Assembly: GCA_000002445.1 (NCBI GenBank) | Contig: CH464491.1 | Coordinates: 2,176,001-2,240,000 of the forward strand | DNA: 64,000 nt | Direction: 5' to 3' | Origin: Trypanosoma brucei | Taxonomy: Eukaryota | In this document: positions 52,201 to 62,967 of the stretch, piece after piece | Layout of the letters: every line of letters begins with the position of its first letter | Numbering within the stretch: the first letter of the stretch is position 1 | The notes under the pieces: generated by a model | Seen by the model: the letters and a program-made list of their open reading frames with translations, nothing else | What the model was told of the DNA's origin: nothing | The model's database searches: none | Position numbers and translations under genes: made by a program

Positions 52201-55200
52201 GAAAAACTAAACTTGCCTCTCGTCCCAGGTGAAACGATTTTGCTCATGGAGGACCTTGAGCCTCTGCTTGGTTTTAAGGACGTTATTGTTCCTCATTGCG
52301 AGGTGGCGGCGAAGGAAGCACAAATTGAGAAGGCGCTTAAGGACATGCGGGCCAAATGGGAGAGCAGGGTATTTATAATTGAACCGTACAAGGAAAGCAA
52401 TACTTACATAATCAAAGATTCGTCTGAGATTGTTGAGTTGCTGGATGAGCACCTCAACTTGACACAGCAACTGCAGTTTTCTCCCTTCAAGGCATACTAT
52501 GCAGAGGCCATCACCGATTGGGAGCGCTCACTCAACCTTATTTCCGATATCATTGAGCAGTGGTTGGAGTGTCAGAGAGCTTGGCGTTACCTTGAGCCGA
52601 TCTTCAATGCCAAGGATATTGCACTTCAATTACCCCGTCTTACAAAGCTGTTCGATCGCGTTGACAAGACATGGCGTCGCGTCATGGGAACTGTCCATCA
52701 TCAACCCAACGTTCTGGATTTCTGTATCGGAACAAGCAAGTTACTGGAAAGTTTGCGAGAGTCTAATCGCATTCTTGAGGAGGTGCAGCGTGGGCTCAAC
52801 GATTACCTCGCAGAGAAGCGCCAGTCGTTCCCCCGCTTTTACTTCCTTTCGGATGAAGAACTGCTGGAGATCCTTTCGCAGTCCAAAGAGGTTCGACGCA
52901 TTGACGCTCACATTAGTAAACTATTTGAGTTCATACAGCGCCTCTCGTGGACGGAAAACAACGAGATCAATGGGTTTTTCAGTGGTGAAGGAGAGCATGT
53001 ACCAAGCGTTAACGTGGTGTACCCCGAGGGTAACGTGGAGATGTGGCTAGGTTCGGTTGAAACTATGATGAAGGAAGCTGTGGCTGAGCAACTACGTCAA
53101 TCCTTCTATGCGTATAGCAATACCCCGCGTGCAAAGTGGGTTCTTGAATGGGCGGCTCAGTGCGTCATCGCCGTGTCACAAATCTTCTGGACGAATGGTT
53201 GTGAGGAGGGCTTGGTGGCTGAGAAAAGTGTGGAAAACTATTTTCGGGTGCTTGAACATCAACTATTTGAGCTAGTTGATGTTGTACAATCACCCCTCAA
53301 TGCGCGGGAGCGCATCAACATGGGTGCCCTCATCACCGTTGAGGTTCATGCAAAAGACACAGTTGAGGCCATGACGCGGCACAAGGTTGACTCGATACAG
53401 TCCTTCGAGTGGATCAAACAGTTACGCTTTTATTTTGACACTGACGATCGGATGTGCCACATCAAACAGGTAGACGCCCACTTTGTGTATGGCGGTGAGT
53501 ACCTTGGCAACACTGGACGGTTGGTTGTAACCCCACTCACTGACCGTATCTACCTAACACTTACAGGAGCCTTGGCTCTGTGCCTTGGCGGTGCACCTGC
53601 AGGACCTGCGGGTACAGGTAAAACAGAAACGACCAAGGACTTAGCCAAGGCACTTGCTAAACAATGTGTTGTGTTCAACTGTCAAGAAGGTATGACCTGT
53701 CTGTCTATGGCCAAATTCTTCAAGGGACTTGCGTGGGCCGGTGCTTGGGCGTGCTTTGATGAGTTTAACCGTATTGACGTTGAGGTGCTTTCCGTTGTGG
53801 CCCAGCAGGTGACGGACCTGCAGCAGGCCTGCGTGACGAAACAGTACCGCATCGTCTTTGAGGGGAGTGAAGTAGTTGTTGACCCCACTCACGCAGTGTT
53901 CATCACCATGAACCCCGGTTACGCTGGCCGTACCGAGCTCCCAGATAACTTGAAGGTGCTATTCCGTCCCGTTGCTTGCATGGTTCCCGACTACGCCATG
54001 ATTGGTGAGATAAGGCTCTTTTCGTATGGGTACAAGAAGGCTCGTAGTTTGGCGCAGAAAATGGTTATGACATTCAAACTGAGTTCTGAGCAGCTGTCGT
54101 CTCAGGATCACTATGACTTTGGTATGCGTGCGGTGAACACTGTCATTTCGGCTGCAGGTCTAAACAAGCGGGAGAATCCCAACGAAGATGAAGATTTGTT
54201 ATTGCTTCGTGCACTGCGTGATTCCAATGCGCCCAAATTCCTCAGAGATGACATTATATTGTTTGAGGGTATTATCAGTGATCTGTTCCCAGGCACGAAG
54301 CTCTCCCCCACTGAGTACGGCGTCGTTGTTGACTCCCTTCGTCAGGTTGTTACAAGCAGTCAACTTCAACCGGTCCCAGGCTTCATAGAGAAATGCCTGC
54401 AGTTATACGATGTCACAACCCTTCGGCATGGTCTGATGCTTGTGGGCCCTGCAGGTAGTGGCAAAACCATGGCGTACACCTCGTTGCAAAAAGCTCTTTC
54501 AGGGTGCTCTGTAATGCAGAGTAAGGGGCAGGATGTAGGTGCTCGTGATTACATGAAGGTGTTCACGCACATTTGCAATCCAAAGGCTGTCACTATGGAT
54601 CAGCTATACGGTGCCTACGACGAAAATGGTGAATGGAAAGACGGTGTGCTCTGTGTTCTCTTCCGTCGGGCAGCCAAGTACGGTGATGAAGGTAATCAAA
54701 TAGGGAAACACTGGGTTATGTTTGACGGTCCTGTGGATGCTCTGTGGATTGAGTCCATGAATACTGTCCTGGATGAGAACAAGAAACTTTGTTTGGTATC
54801 GGGTGAGATCATTCAAATGAGTCGCGACATGACGATGATGTTTGAGGTGGAGGATCTTGCCGTTGCGTCGCCTGCCACGGTTTCTCGTTGTGGTATGATT
54901 TACATGGAGCCAACAGCCTGCGTACCAACTCAAGCTCTCACGAAGTCGTGGAAGGAGAGACTCCCCAAATATGTGGCTCCGCAAGCGGATTACCTCGAGC
55001 AACTTGTCGAATTGTACGTTGATGAGCTCATCGAGTATGTGCGTGCCAACCTTAGGGAGTACGTTCCGTCGACAAATGTTATTCTTGTGCATTCATTCTT
55101 TCGTATGATGGATGGCTATATAGAGTCATTTGGCGGTTTACCGGGGCAGCGCGGGCCACCAACCCTCAGTCCGGAGCGACTGGAGATTATGGCAAAGTGC

Positions 55201-58200
55201 ATCACGCCCCTGTTTTTCATGGCGATCACTTGGAGTATCGGAGCAACCTGTGATGAGGTGGGACGTGAGAAGTTTGCCGATATGCTTCGCGAAATGGCAA
55301 CGCGTAATAATCACGCCGACTCCCTGCCGGAATCAGGAAGTGTGTACGACTACTGCTTTGTGTACTACCCGTCGCCAGATGATGATGAAGAGGCCCGATG
55401 GACACACTGGGATGAACTGCGTGCGACGTGTGATATTGCTCGCACGACAAAGTTCGAAGACGTATTGGTACCGACGATTGATAACACCCGCCAGAAGTAT
55501 GTGCTGACACATCTGTTGGAACGGAAGGTCAACGTGGTCGCTGTGGGCCCCACAGGCACGGGTAAGAGTGTGGCGGCTGGCGGTTTGGTAATGAACGGTA
55601 TATCCGATCGCTTGCTTGGCCTTGCCTTCTCTTTCACACCACAGACAAAAGCGGGCGTGTTGCAGGACTCTCTCATGTCAAAGTTTGATAAACGCCGTTC
55701 GCATGTCTATGGTGCTCCGGTTGGCAAACACTTCCTTGTGTTTATTGATGACGCTAATCTTCCACAAAAGGAGCGCTATGGTGCTCAACCACCACTGGAA
55801 TTACTTCGACAACTCCTTGGTCATGGAGGTTTGTACTCATTTGTTGGTGGTATCAAGTGGAACTTGGTTATCGACACCTCTTTTGTTATGGCCATGGGGC
55901 CACCCGGAGGAAGTCGCACACAGGTGTCTAACCGTCTCATGAGGTACTTCAACTATGTTTCATTTCCCGAGATGTCGGAGGCATCCAAACGTACCATCCT
56001 TAATACAATTCTTAAGGGGGGTTTGCACCAACGAGGTGTCAAAGAGGAGGTTGTTGATTTCATAACAAACCTTGTTGATGGGACTCTGAATGTTTTCAAA
56101 CGCTGCCGCAAAGCTTTTGTTCCAACTCCATCGCACGTACATTACTCGTTCAACATGCGGGACGTCATGCGTGTGTTTCCCATGATTTACATCAACGACA
56201 CTAACAGTCTTCCAAACAGAGACGTTCTCCTGAAGCAGTGGGTGCACGAAATGCAGCGCGTCTTTTGCGACAGACTCATATGTAACGAGGATAGAGAGGA
56301 GTTCCTTTCTTTCATTGATGATGAGATAATACAGATTGGTTATGAAGGTGGTTACAAGTCGTTGCTACCTGACGGCAGGCTTATTTTCGGTGACTTCATG
56401 TCCACGGGGGAACGTAGTTATCAGCAGATTACGGACATGGATGCACTAGCGGCTTTTTTTAATGAACAGCTCCTGGCTTACAACAATGCGAATGAAAATC
56501 CTATGGGCTTGGTGCTGTTCCTTGATGCCATTGAGCACGTTTGTCGTATTACACGTGTTTTGAGCATGCCAAATGGTCACTGCCTTTTACTAGGAATTGG
56601 TGGGTCAGGTCGAAAGTCTCTAACCCGCTTGGCGTGCTTCCTCATTCCTGAGATGGACGTTTTCACTATTGAGTTCACAAAGAACTTTGGTGTGAAGGAA
56701 TGGCGGGAGGCGTTAGCTCGTTTACTGTTGGATTGCGGAAAGGACGGAAAGAAGCGCACGTTCCTATTCTCTGACACGCAAATCATTAACCAGACTCTCA
56801 TGGAGGACGTTGCGGCGCTGCTGACCGCTGGCGATGTACCCAACCTTTTTGAGGACCAAGACATAGAAATAATCAATGAAAGGTTCAAAGGAGTATGTAT
56901 GAGCGAGAATCTGCCCACGACGAAGGTTTCTATGTACGCACGGTTCATCAAAGAAGTGCGTTCTAACCTCCATATAGTCTTAGCGTTCTCACCTATCGGT
57001 GAAGTCTTTCGAACACGACTGCGTATGTTTCCCGCGCTCATTACTTGTTGTACTATTGATTGGTTTGCTGAATGGCCTGGTGAGGCCCTGCTTTCCGTGG
57101 CAAGAGCGCAACTGCAAAGCGCAAAGGGGGATTTGGGTGATGATGAGGGGGACAGACTCTCCAGGTGCTTTAAATCGCTGCATTTATCTGCTGCGGAAAC
57201 AACGGAGAGGTTCTTTGTTGAAACCCATCGACGTTCTTACATTACGCCCACGTCTTACCTGTCTCTGCTGAACACGTATATTTCCCTCGTGGAATCCAAA
57301 CGTAAGTTCGGGCGTGAGCAGGCCAGCCGTCTCGAAAACGGATTGGAAAAGTTGTATGATACCGAGGTTCGCGTCGTCGAGCTTGAGGGGCAGTTGAAGG
57401 CGCAACAGCCAGTGTTGGAGATGAAGAAGTTGGAGATCAGAGGCATCATGGAGAAGCTCCGCGTAGACCGCAAAGATGCAGCAGAAAAGGAGGCCTCAGC
57501 ACGTACAGAGGAGGTGGCCGCGACGACAAAGGCAGAGGAATGCGCTAGAATGCGCCGTGAGTGCGCTAGCCGCCTCGCTGAAGCTGAACCCGCACTTCAA
57601 GAGGCTGTTAAAGTTCTGTCAAAGATCAAGGCCGCGGAAATATCTGAATTGAACAAGTACCAGAACCCACCGAAGGGTGTGCAGTATGTTATGGAGGCCG
57701 TTGCACTCCTGCTAACGTTTGGCAACTGCCCCAAGGAATTCTATAGCGGCCCTCCCGGGGGGAAGAAAACGCCAGATTGGTGGTTGTGTGCCAAGTCGTA
57801 CATGAAGAACGCCAACCAACTTCTTGATACACTGGTACAACCCCCTGGTAAGGGAGGGTTTGACCGAGAGGCGATGGACATGCCTCTCATTGAAAAGGTG
57901 CGTACATACTATGAAAATGATGAGTTTCAACCAGAGAAGGTGAAGAGTGTTTCTGTACCTTGTATGGCTATGTGTCAGTGGGTGCGTGCAATGTACAAAT
58001 GGTTTTTTGTAAACCGTGAGATTCAACCACTGCGCGAACGACTTGCGGATGCCGAGAGGGAATTGAAGCGTGTCAATCGAGCCCTCGCCGAAACCCGTAG
58101 GAAACTTGATGCTGTCGTAGAAGCGGTCGCAAAACTTGAGAAGGAATTTGAGGATGCCATGGCCACCCAAACGGCATTGGAAAATGAGGTTGAGCAGACA

Positions 58201-61200
58201 AGTGAGAAACTACAGCGTGCTGCCCGCCTTATTGCCGGACTTGGGGGTGAGAAAGTCCGATGGAAAGAGCTTGTGGAACAGTATAAAGTGAAAGACACTT
58301 GTGTTTCGGGAGATATGGTGATAGCTGCTGCATCGATCGCCTACTTCGGCCCCCTTACTGGTCCGTACCGCAAACATCTTCTGCAAACATGGTCTGCCTC
58401 GCTTGCGGAGTTGGGTATCAAAACTAGCGAGAACAGCGATTTGTTATCAACCACAGGTGACGCAGTTCAAATACACGATTGGCAGCTTTGTGGCCTGCCA
58501 AAGGACCCACTGTCGACAGAGAATGCGATCATTTTGTCAAATGCGCGGACGTGGCCACTACTGATTGACCCTCAAGGACAGGCAAACTCGTGGATCCGGA
58601 ACTTGCACAAGGATGACAATTTGCAAGTATGCAAGGCATCGGACGACAAATTCATGAAGACGGTGGAGGGCGCTATCCGGCTAGGTCTTCCATGCCTGTT
58701 GGAGAATGTTGGTGAGTCTCTTGACCCAGCATTGGAGCCAGTTCTTCACCGCAACGTGTTTCTTATCGGTTGCACTCCGCACATACGTGTCGGCGATTCG
58801 GCTATTCCATACAACGAGAAATTCAGGTTATACATGACAACGAAGCTGCCTAATCCATCATACACTCCGGAAACCATCGTCATCGTGTCTCTTCTGAACT
58901 TCTTCATTACGCGAAGTGGACTGGAGGATCAGATATTGGCAAGAACAGTGGAGAAAGAGCGGAACGATTTGGAGCAGGAGAAGCAAAGGTTAACCCGAGA
59001 TTGTGCGGAGAAAAACAGAGAGCTAAAAGAGTTGCAGGAGAACATTCTACGCATGCTAGAGGAGGCGGAGGGAGATATTCTTGATCAGGAAGAGCTTATC
59101 GACGCTCTCGAAAAGAGTAAGCTAAAATCCACTGAAATTAGCGAAGATCTTGTACGTGCCAGAGCGACGGAGGTCACCATTGATGAGACGCGTAATAAGT
59201 ACCGTCCACACGCCTACCGGGGTGCACTGCTCTTCTTCTGTGTCTCAGAACTTTCCACTGTGGACCCGATGTATCAGTTCTCGCTCCAGTGGTACATAAA
59301 CTTAGTCTTACTCGCAATTGAGAACACAGAGGCGGCGGTAGATATTGAAGAGCGCGTTGAAAAACTCATTGAGTTCTTCACGTACTCTTTCTACACAAAT
59401 GTCTGCCGTTCCCTGTTTGAACGCCACAAGCTTACCTTTTCTTTTTTTCTGTGTACCTCAATTCTGCAGCAGCAGGACGAACTTGACGGCAACGAATATC
59501 ATTATTTGCTGACTGGTCCAACCGGAAGCGGCGGGGAGGAACCGAATCCTGCTCCAGATTGGTTAACAGAGAATTCATGGAATGAAATACAGTTCGTTTC
59601 GTCAAATCTCCCCAACTTTGCAGGTTTCGCTGAACACGTAACCCAATGTATTAACTACTACAAGGAACTCTTTGACAGCCTTAATGCCCACACGTACCCG
59701 CTTGCGGCGGAGTGGCAGGGACGGGAGACTCCCTTGCAGCGTCTTGTTGTCGTCCGATGCTTCCGAAGGGACAAGGTGGCGTCTGCTATTCAGGAATTCG
59801 TTAAGCACTATATGGGTGAGCGATTTATTATTGTCCCACAGTTTGACCTCATGGATGCATACAAGGATAGTACGTGTCTTACACCACTTATCTTTATTAT
59901 CTCACCAGGTTCTGATCCTATGAATGATCTTTTGCGCTTTGCTGAGCATATGCGCATGTCGAAGAAGTTGGACAAGGTGTCCCTTGGTCAGGGTCAGGGG
60001 AGGAAGGCGGAGGAGTTGCTCAGCAATGGTCGAGAGCGTGGTCAGTGGGTGCTGCTTCAGAACTGCCACTTGGCAACGTCGTGGATGCCGACGCTGGAGG
60101 CTATTGTGGAGAGTTTTACTTTGGAAACTGTGCGAAAGGAGTTTCGGTTGTGGCTCACTTCAATGCCCTCTGATTCTTTCCCCGTAGCTGTGCTGCAGAT
60201 ATCTGTCAAGATGACGAATGAACCACCCATGGGTCTTCGTGCTAACGTGACACGGTCGTACTATGGGCTAACTGATGATGATCTTGAACACCCAACGAAA
60301 CCCAACCAGTTTAAGAAGATGGTTTTTGCATTCTGCCTATTCCATGCCGTCATTCAGGAGCGTCGCAAGTTTGGTTCTTTGGGATTTAACATAGCTTACG
60401 AGTTCAACGACTCTGATCGTAATGTGTGTCTTCTCCAGCTGCGTAAATTCATATCGCTCTATGAGGATGTGCCTTTCGATGTCCTCACTTTCCTTACTGG
60501 TGAGATTAATTACGGAGGGCGTGTCACGGATGATTGGGATAGACGCTGCATGATGGCTCTTATTAAGGACTTCATTACTCCAGGAGTTTTAGAAGAAGGT
60601 TATTCTTTCTCTCCATCCGGTACATATCACACGGTAGAGGCGTGCTCTCGGGCCTTCTATCTCGATTACCTCGGCACGTGGCCGCTTAATCCCGAACCCG
60701 AGGTGTTTGGACTAAGTGACAATGCGGATATTACATGTGCCCAAAGCGAGAGTGCGAGCATATTGGCTACCATTCTCTCACTTGTCTCGCGTGAAAGCTC
60801 GGGATCGTCACATCAGAGCCGCGAAGAGATGCTGATTAAAACGGCTCAGCACATCATGGAGAAGCTGCCTCCGACGTTTAACGTGCAGGAATTCCACGCT
60901 AAGTATCCTACAAAGTACGAAGAATCGATGAACACAGTCCTTGTGCAAGAAGCCGTGCGATACAATCGCCTCCTTCGCTTTGTTCAGAAGTCTCTTTCAG
61001 AGTTTTCTAAGGCTGTTCGTGGTGAGGTAGACATGTCAGCCGAGTTGGAAGCTGTTGGTTCAAGTTTCTTCATTAACGCCGTTCCTGCATCGTGGGCTGC
61101 GCTGGCGTATCCTTCTTTGAAGCCTCTTTCGAGTTGGGTTGAGGACCTTCTGAGGCGCGTGCAATTCGTGCAGTCATGGTACGATAAGGGTATGCCGAAT

Positions 61201-61665
61201 GCCCTATGGATGGGTGGGTTCTTCTTCCCTCAAGCATTCCTCACTGGAACCCTCCAAAACTATGCGCGGCGCAAGGATGTCGCAATCGACTCTGTTTCTT
61301 TCAACTTTTCCTTCTTGCAAGACGAGACACCGACGACTGTTGCGGCACCAGAGCAGGGCGCCATTGTGTACGGTTTGTACCTGGAGGGCGCTCGGTGGGA
61401 CGGGGCAGGGCGCACACTCGCGGAGTCCCGACCGAAGGAACTTTATGTAGACGTCCCGCTGCTGCATTTAGATCCCGTGGTAGATCGCGTTGCTGATCCA
61501 AACGATTACATTTGTCCAGTGTACAAAACTCTCACCCGCGCGGGAACGCTTAGCACAACGGGTCACTCGACAAACTTTGTGTTGTCTATTACTATCCCAA
61601 CTGTTGCGCCCCCCGAGCACTGGATTAAGCGTGGTGTGGCTTGTGTGATTTCCCTCAATTTTTAA
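49207..61665 (+). CDS. Dynein heavy chain, axonemal type (4152 aa; probably a single-headed inner-arm class)
   Basis: AAA1 P-loop GPAGTGKTET, AAA2 GPAGSGKT, AAA3 GPTGTGKS and AAA4 GIGGSGRKS are all present. Long coiled-coil stalk segments are present. The C-terminal CPVYKTLTRAGTLSTTGHSTNFVLSITIP motif is typical of axonemal heavy chains. The length argues against cytoplasmic dynein-1. The track start at 49201 is TTG; the ATG is at 49207. Confidence 0.97.
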   Translation: MLQHFLRPEVLGTTGKDEENGTKDHQPGQQRPTTSRLDSQSLTATDTVSERPKTAEPLDLVSISATYKETAVLFPDAHQAAFEPKVQVPFEFQRGRIPREIEIERRRRLYESKDVSRLVQVAGLTLKLLAHKSSQELPLQVFDDTSYDSRIPAEWMEIAAQNENPAGRYLPAEGIYEFMNSDFRMRPCRVIGWDVARNEVKLLWGAKPVPDETPVVVPRFHVRLLAEDPVVYVERLVNAQKQRVKAMAWIRYRLCCDAMPTDGLPGLDSNLSDRLLRLGTGIPNLNKAVFPDVDERAQRLIAELTLEWQRSHNRILLQDLMQRDESTLRMVANTTQMSLQELVRGPNVEIRRTIKSDPSSVIPIGDFDFAERERSFTFSTYYTQPEVVTALTGVRSECMKVLEGSLFNLPKARQMQLSEFQKLQRDHMAAVEKYLKGEWTENICNVIRNSFVSAGKGWLNVHESKQEIYEISKLKKFFTTVKFMMEDTLFDLVYTSLQDFTVFFEEVSEFTVNVIDMNNVENKWPGSDADDCVEKQPLFTIRLAEQDGSFTYSISFKDFEEAIIDLFFSAIQCTDAIPQVEKFVMSQYFWRREGEGPFLDSVKQQEERVCLLRDRVRHALQNSMKPLRDYLQTYDDLLPLVRLDKKVFITEYAAQEHTMEEMKEEIRAHLKAKKVVAQKLPAFITVGNYVVDCQSFGQIMASKEHELAKLVMNLICKIAKTKTSYIREEFTKIVRVVEKQPQTPEKLYELKAIIVNTPERISELSAEIEEMRQYYNVLDGFQYELSDEESRQKWEAISWPRQLTLRIQETNKQLEKVEEELHARLQKEAEEFSKKVDALQRVVATFSKYTDATEAEKVAAEVKVNSIEIRKCIEQARSINSDQRLFGDKLTDYRSVFELEKEFKPYSDLWLTTYQWQDCYRRWHADPFDSLDHEEIDTVVTNAFKTMTQLSKTFKDKNATLKIVSEIRGKVEAFKKWVPIVTSLRQPGMKERHWKGLSEKLNLPLVPGETILLMEDLEPLLGFKDVIVPHCEVAAKEAQIEKALKDMRAKWESRVFIIEPYKESNTYIIKDSSEIVELLDEHLNLTQQLQFSPFKAYYAEAITDWERSLNLISDIIEQWLECQRAWRYLEPIFNAKDIALQLPRLTKLFDRVDKTWRRVMGTVHHQPNVLDFCIGTSKLLESLRESNRILEEVQRGLNDYLAEKRQSFPRFYFLSDEELLEILSQSKEVRRIDAHISKLFEFIQRLSWTENNEINGFFSGEGEHVPSVNVVYPEGNVEMWLGSVETMMKEAVAEQLRQSFYAYSNTPRAKWVLEWAAQCVIAVSQIFWTNGCEEGLVAEKSVENYFRVLEHQLFELVDVVQSPLNARERINMGALITVEVHAKDTVEAMTRHKVDSIQSFEWIKQLRFYFDTDDRMCHIKQVDAHFVYGGEYLGNTGRLVVTPLTDRIYLTLTGALALCLGGAPAGPAGTGKTETTKDLAKALAKQCVVFNCQEGMTCLSMAKFFKGLAWAGAWACFDEFNRIDVEVLSVVAQQVTDLQQACVTKQYRIVFEGSEVVVDPTHAVFITMNPGYAGRTELPDNLKVLFRPVACMVPDYAMIGEIRLFSYGYKKARSLAQKMVMTFKLSSEQLSSQDHYDFGMRAVNTVISAAGLNKRENPNEDEDLLLLRALRDSNAPKFLRDDIILFEGIISDLFPGTKLSPTEYGVVVDSLRQVVTSSQLQPVPGFIEKCLQLYDVTTLRHGLMLVGPAGSGKTMAYTSLQKALSGCSVMQSKGQDVGARDYMKVFTHICNPKAVTMDQLYGAYDENGEWKDGVLCVLFRRAAKYGDEGNQIGKHWVMFDGPVDALWIESMNTVLDENKKLCLVSGEIIQMSRDMTMMFEVEDLAVASPATVSRCGMIYMEPTACVPTQALTKSWKERLPKYVAPQADYLEQLVELYVDELIEYVRANLREYVPSTNVILVHSFFRMMDGYIESFGGLPGQRGPPTLSPERLEIMAKCITPLFFMAITWSIGATCDEVGREKFADMLREMATRNNHADSLPESGSVYDYCFVYYPSPDDDEEARWTHWDELRATCDIARTTKFEDVLVPTIDNTRQKYVLTHLLERKVNVVAVGPTGTGKSVAAGGLVMNGISDRLLGLAFSFTPQTKAGVLQDSLMSKFDKRRSHVYGAPVGKHFLVFIDDANLPQKERYGAQPPLELLRQLLGHGGLYSFVGGIKWNLVIDTSFVMAMGPPGGSRTQVSNRLMRYFNYVSFPEMSEASKRTILNTILKGGLHQRGVKEEVVDFITNLVDGTLNVFKRCRKAFVPTPSHVHYSFNMRDVMRVFPMIYINDTNSLPNRDVLLKQWVHEMQRVFCDRLICNEDREEFLSFIDDEIIQIGYEGGYKSLLPDGRLIFGDFMSTGERSYQQITDMDALAAFFNEQLLAYNNANENPMGLVLFLDAIEHVCRITRVLSMPNGHCLLLGIGGSGRKSLTRLACFLIPEMDVFTIEFTKNFGVKEWREALARLLLDCGKDGKKRTFLFSDTQIINQTLMEDVAALLTAGDVPNLFEDQDIEIINERFKGVCMSENLPTTKVSMYARFIKEVRSNLHIVLAFSPIGEVFRTRLRMFPALITCCTIDWFAEWPGEALLSVARAQLQSAKGDLGDDEGDRLSRCFKSLHLSAAETTERFFVETHRRSYITPTSYLSLLNTYISLVESKRKFGREQASRLENGLEKLYDTEVRVVELEGQLKAQQPVLEMKKLEIRGIMEKLRVDRKDAAEKEASARTEEVAATTKAEECARMRRECASRLAEAEPALQEAVKVLSKIKAAEISELNKYQNPPKGVQYVMEAVALLLTFGNCPKEFYSGPPGGKKTPDWWLCAKSYMKNANQLLDTLVQPPGKGGFDREAMDMPLIEKVRTYYENDEFQPEKVKSVSVPCMAMCQWVRAMYKWFFVNREIQPLRERLADAERELKRVNRALAETRRKLDAVVEAVAKLEKEFEDAMATQTALENEVEQTSEKLQRAARLIAGLGGEKVRWKELVEQYKVKDTCVSGDMVIAAASIAYFGPLTGPYRKHLLQTWSASLAELGIKTSENSDLLSTTGDAVQIHDWQLCGLPKDPLSTENAIILSNARTWPLLIDPQGQANSWIRNLHKDDNLQVCKASDDKFMKTVEGAIRLGLPCLLENVGESLDPALEPVLHRNVFLIGCTPHIRVGDSAIPYNEKFRLYMTTKLPNPSYTPETIVIVSLLNFFITRSGLEDQILARTVEKERNDLEQEKQRLTRDCAEKNRELKELQENILRMLEEAEGDILDQEELIDALEKSKLKSTEISEDLVRARATEVTIDETRNKYRPHAYRGALLFFCVSELSTVDPMYQFSLQWYINLVLLAIENTEAAVDIEERVEKLIEFFTYSFYTNVCRSLFERHKLTFSFFLCTSILQQQDELDGNEYHYLLTGPTGSGGEEPNPAPDWLTENSWNEIQFVSSNLPNFAGFAEHVTQCINYYKELFDSLNAHTYPLAAEWQGRETPLQRLVVVRCFRRDKVASAIQEFVKHYMGERFIIVPQFDLMDAYKDSTCLTPLIFIISPGSDPMNDLLRFAEHMRMSKKLDKVSLGQGQGRKAEELLSNGRERGQWVLLQNCHLATSWMPTLEAIVESFTLETVRKEFRLWLTSMPSDSFPVAVLQISVKMTNEPPMGLRANVTRSYYGLTDDDLEHPTKPNQFKKMVFAFCLFHAVIQERRKFGSLGFNIAYEFNDSDRNVCLLQLRKFISLYEDVPFDVLTFLTGEINYGGRVTDDWDRRCMMALIKDFITPGVLEEGYSFSPSGTYHTVEACSRAFYLDYLGTWPLNPEPEVFGLSDNADITCAQSESASILATILSLVSRESSGSSHQSREEMLIKTAQHIMEKLPPTFNVQEFHAKYPTKYEESMNTVLVQEAVRYNRLLRFVQKSLSEFSKAVRGEVDMSAELEAVGSSFFINAVPASWAALAYPSLKPLSSWVEDLLRRVQFVQSWYDKGMPNALWMGGFFFPQAFLTGTLQNYARRKDVAIDSVSFNFSFLQDETPTTVAAPEQGAIVYGLYLEGARWDGAGRTLAESRPKELYVDVPLLHLDPVVDRVADPNDYICPVYKTLTRAGTLSTTGHSTNFVLSITIPTVAPPEHWIKRGVACVISLNF

Positions 61666-62304
61666 AGGGAGGGCTTCCGCTGAGTGTTTGGTTTTATTTT
61701 TGCCTGTGCGTCTGTATTTGTCTGTACTTGTAGAAATTCCCCTTCCGATGGAGGTGGCTCTCGGAGGGGCGGGTAACCGAAATATTACGTGAAGTTAAAA
61801 CGAGGACCCGAGTCCCCTTTCTGTTGCCGAACGGGCCTAAGGCGTTTATAGAGAGAACAACGCAGGATAGTTGAGCAGGTGTTGGAGAAGACGAGGCAAA
61901 AAGTTGGAAGTGTGTGAGGGCTGAGATAGAAAGAAGGAAGGGAATTGTTCGCACCGTGAGACTGTATATATTTACATGCGTATTTGACTAGATATGCTCA
62001 GGCTTTTCTATTCCTGTAATGTAAATAGTCATAGAGATGGTGTAGCTAGCTTAAGGGGCCATCTTTCCCTTTACTACTGGGAACTATGTAGTTTTCTGTC
62101 TAACCGTACTCGATGTTGTTGTGTTCTTTTTATCCCACAAATCCGTCGTCGATTCGCTGCACAGGCCCTTGTGTCTGTGTGACGCGTGTCTTATTTTTTC
62201 CTTAATTCTCACTATTTCTTTAATCAAGCTGCTGTGACGCCGACAAGAGAAGCGAATACATTAGTAGCACAGCGCTGTACCGTAACTCGAAGTAGAGGAG
62301 AGCG

Positions 62305-62601
62305 ATGTCGCAAAAAGGTTTGAAGGGTAAAACTCGCGGGAAGAGCGAAGGTGCCTTGCGCAAGTACGTGGGTGAGGCCAAGAAGAAAACAGTCTTCAAC
62401 AAAGGGCGTAAGACATTACAAACCAAAGCGAGGGCAAACTACATATCGGCTGTAGAGTCACATATGGCTTCCCGTGTTCCATCTGATCAGCGTGATCGAC
62501 TCAGAGTTGTGAAGGCAACTGGAGGATTGCAGCCGAAAAAGAAGCATATGAAGAAGCCACTGACTAGAGGGCGTAAGCGTAAGGGCGACAAGAAGGGATG
62601 A
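62305..62601 (+). CDS. Hypothetical small Lys/Arg-rich protein (98 aa)
   Basis: ORF with a verified ATG between dynein and the downstream kinase, on the unit strand. It is extremely basic (KKKHMKKPLTRGRKRKGDKKG). No homology recognised. Confidence 0.3.
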   Translation: MSQKGLKGKTRGKSEGALRKYVGEAKKKTVFNKGRKTLQTKARANYISAVESHMASRVPSDQRDRLRVVKATGGLQPKKKHMKKPLTRGRKRKGDKKG

Positions 62602-62967
62602 ATTGTATTCCTTGGTTATGTGGCTGTCGGGTGGTCTCCACTTGTTGGACTCATCCCCTCGTGGCTCTCCTCACTCCAATCACCTCTTCTGGGAAAAAAG
62701 GATGTGGGGAGAGGTGACTGTCATTATTGGTGGGTTTGAAATGTATGGTACGGCCGTGTCGAGTAAGCAAGTGCTCTTCGACGCGTTGTGAAGCTTGCGT
62801 TACACTCCCTTTTTAAATGTTCATGCATCACGGTTACGTGGCGTCTCTTTGCTAGTTCTACTGCTTTCCTCCTTGTGTTTACTTTTCGACATGTACAATA
62901 GGGTGAGTGCTTCGACCGGGCTGTGTGGTGCCGAGTCAGAAGCACACGTAAACCGGCTCTCGTACTG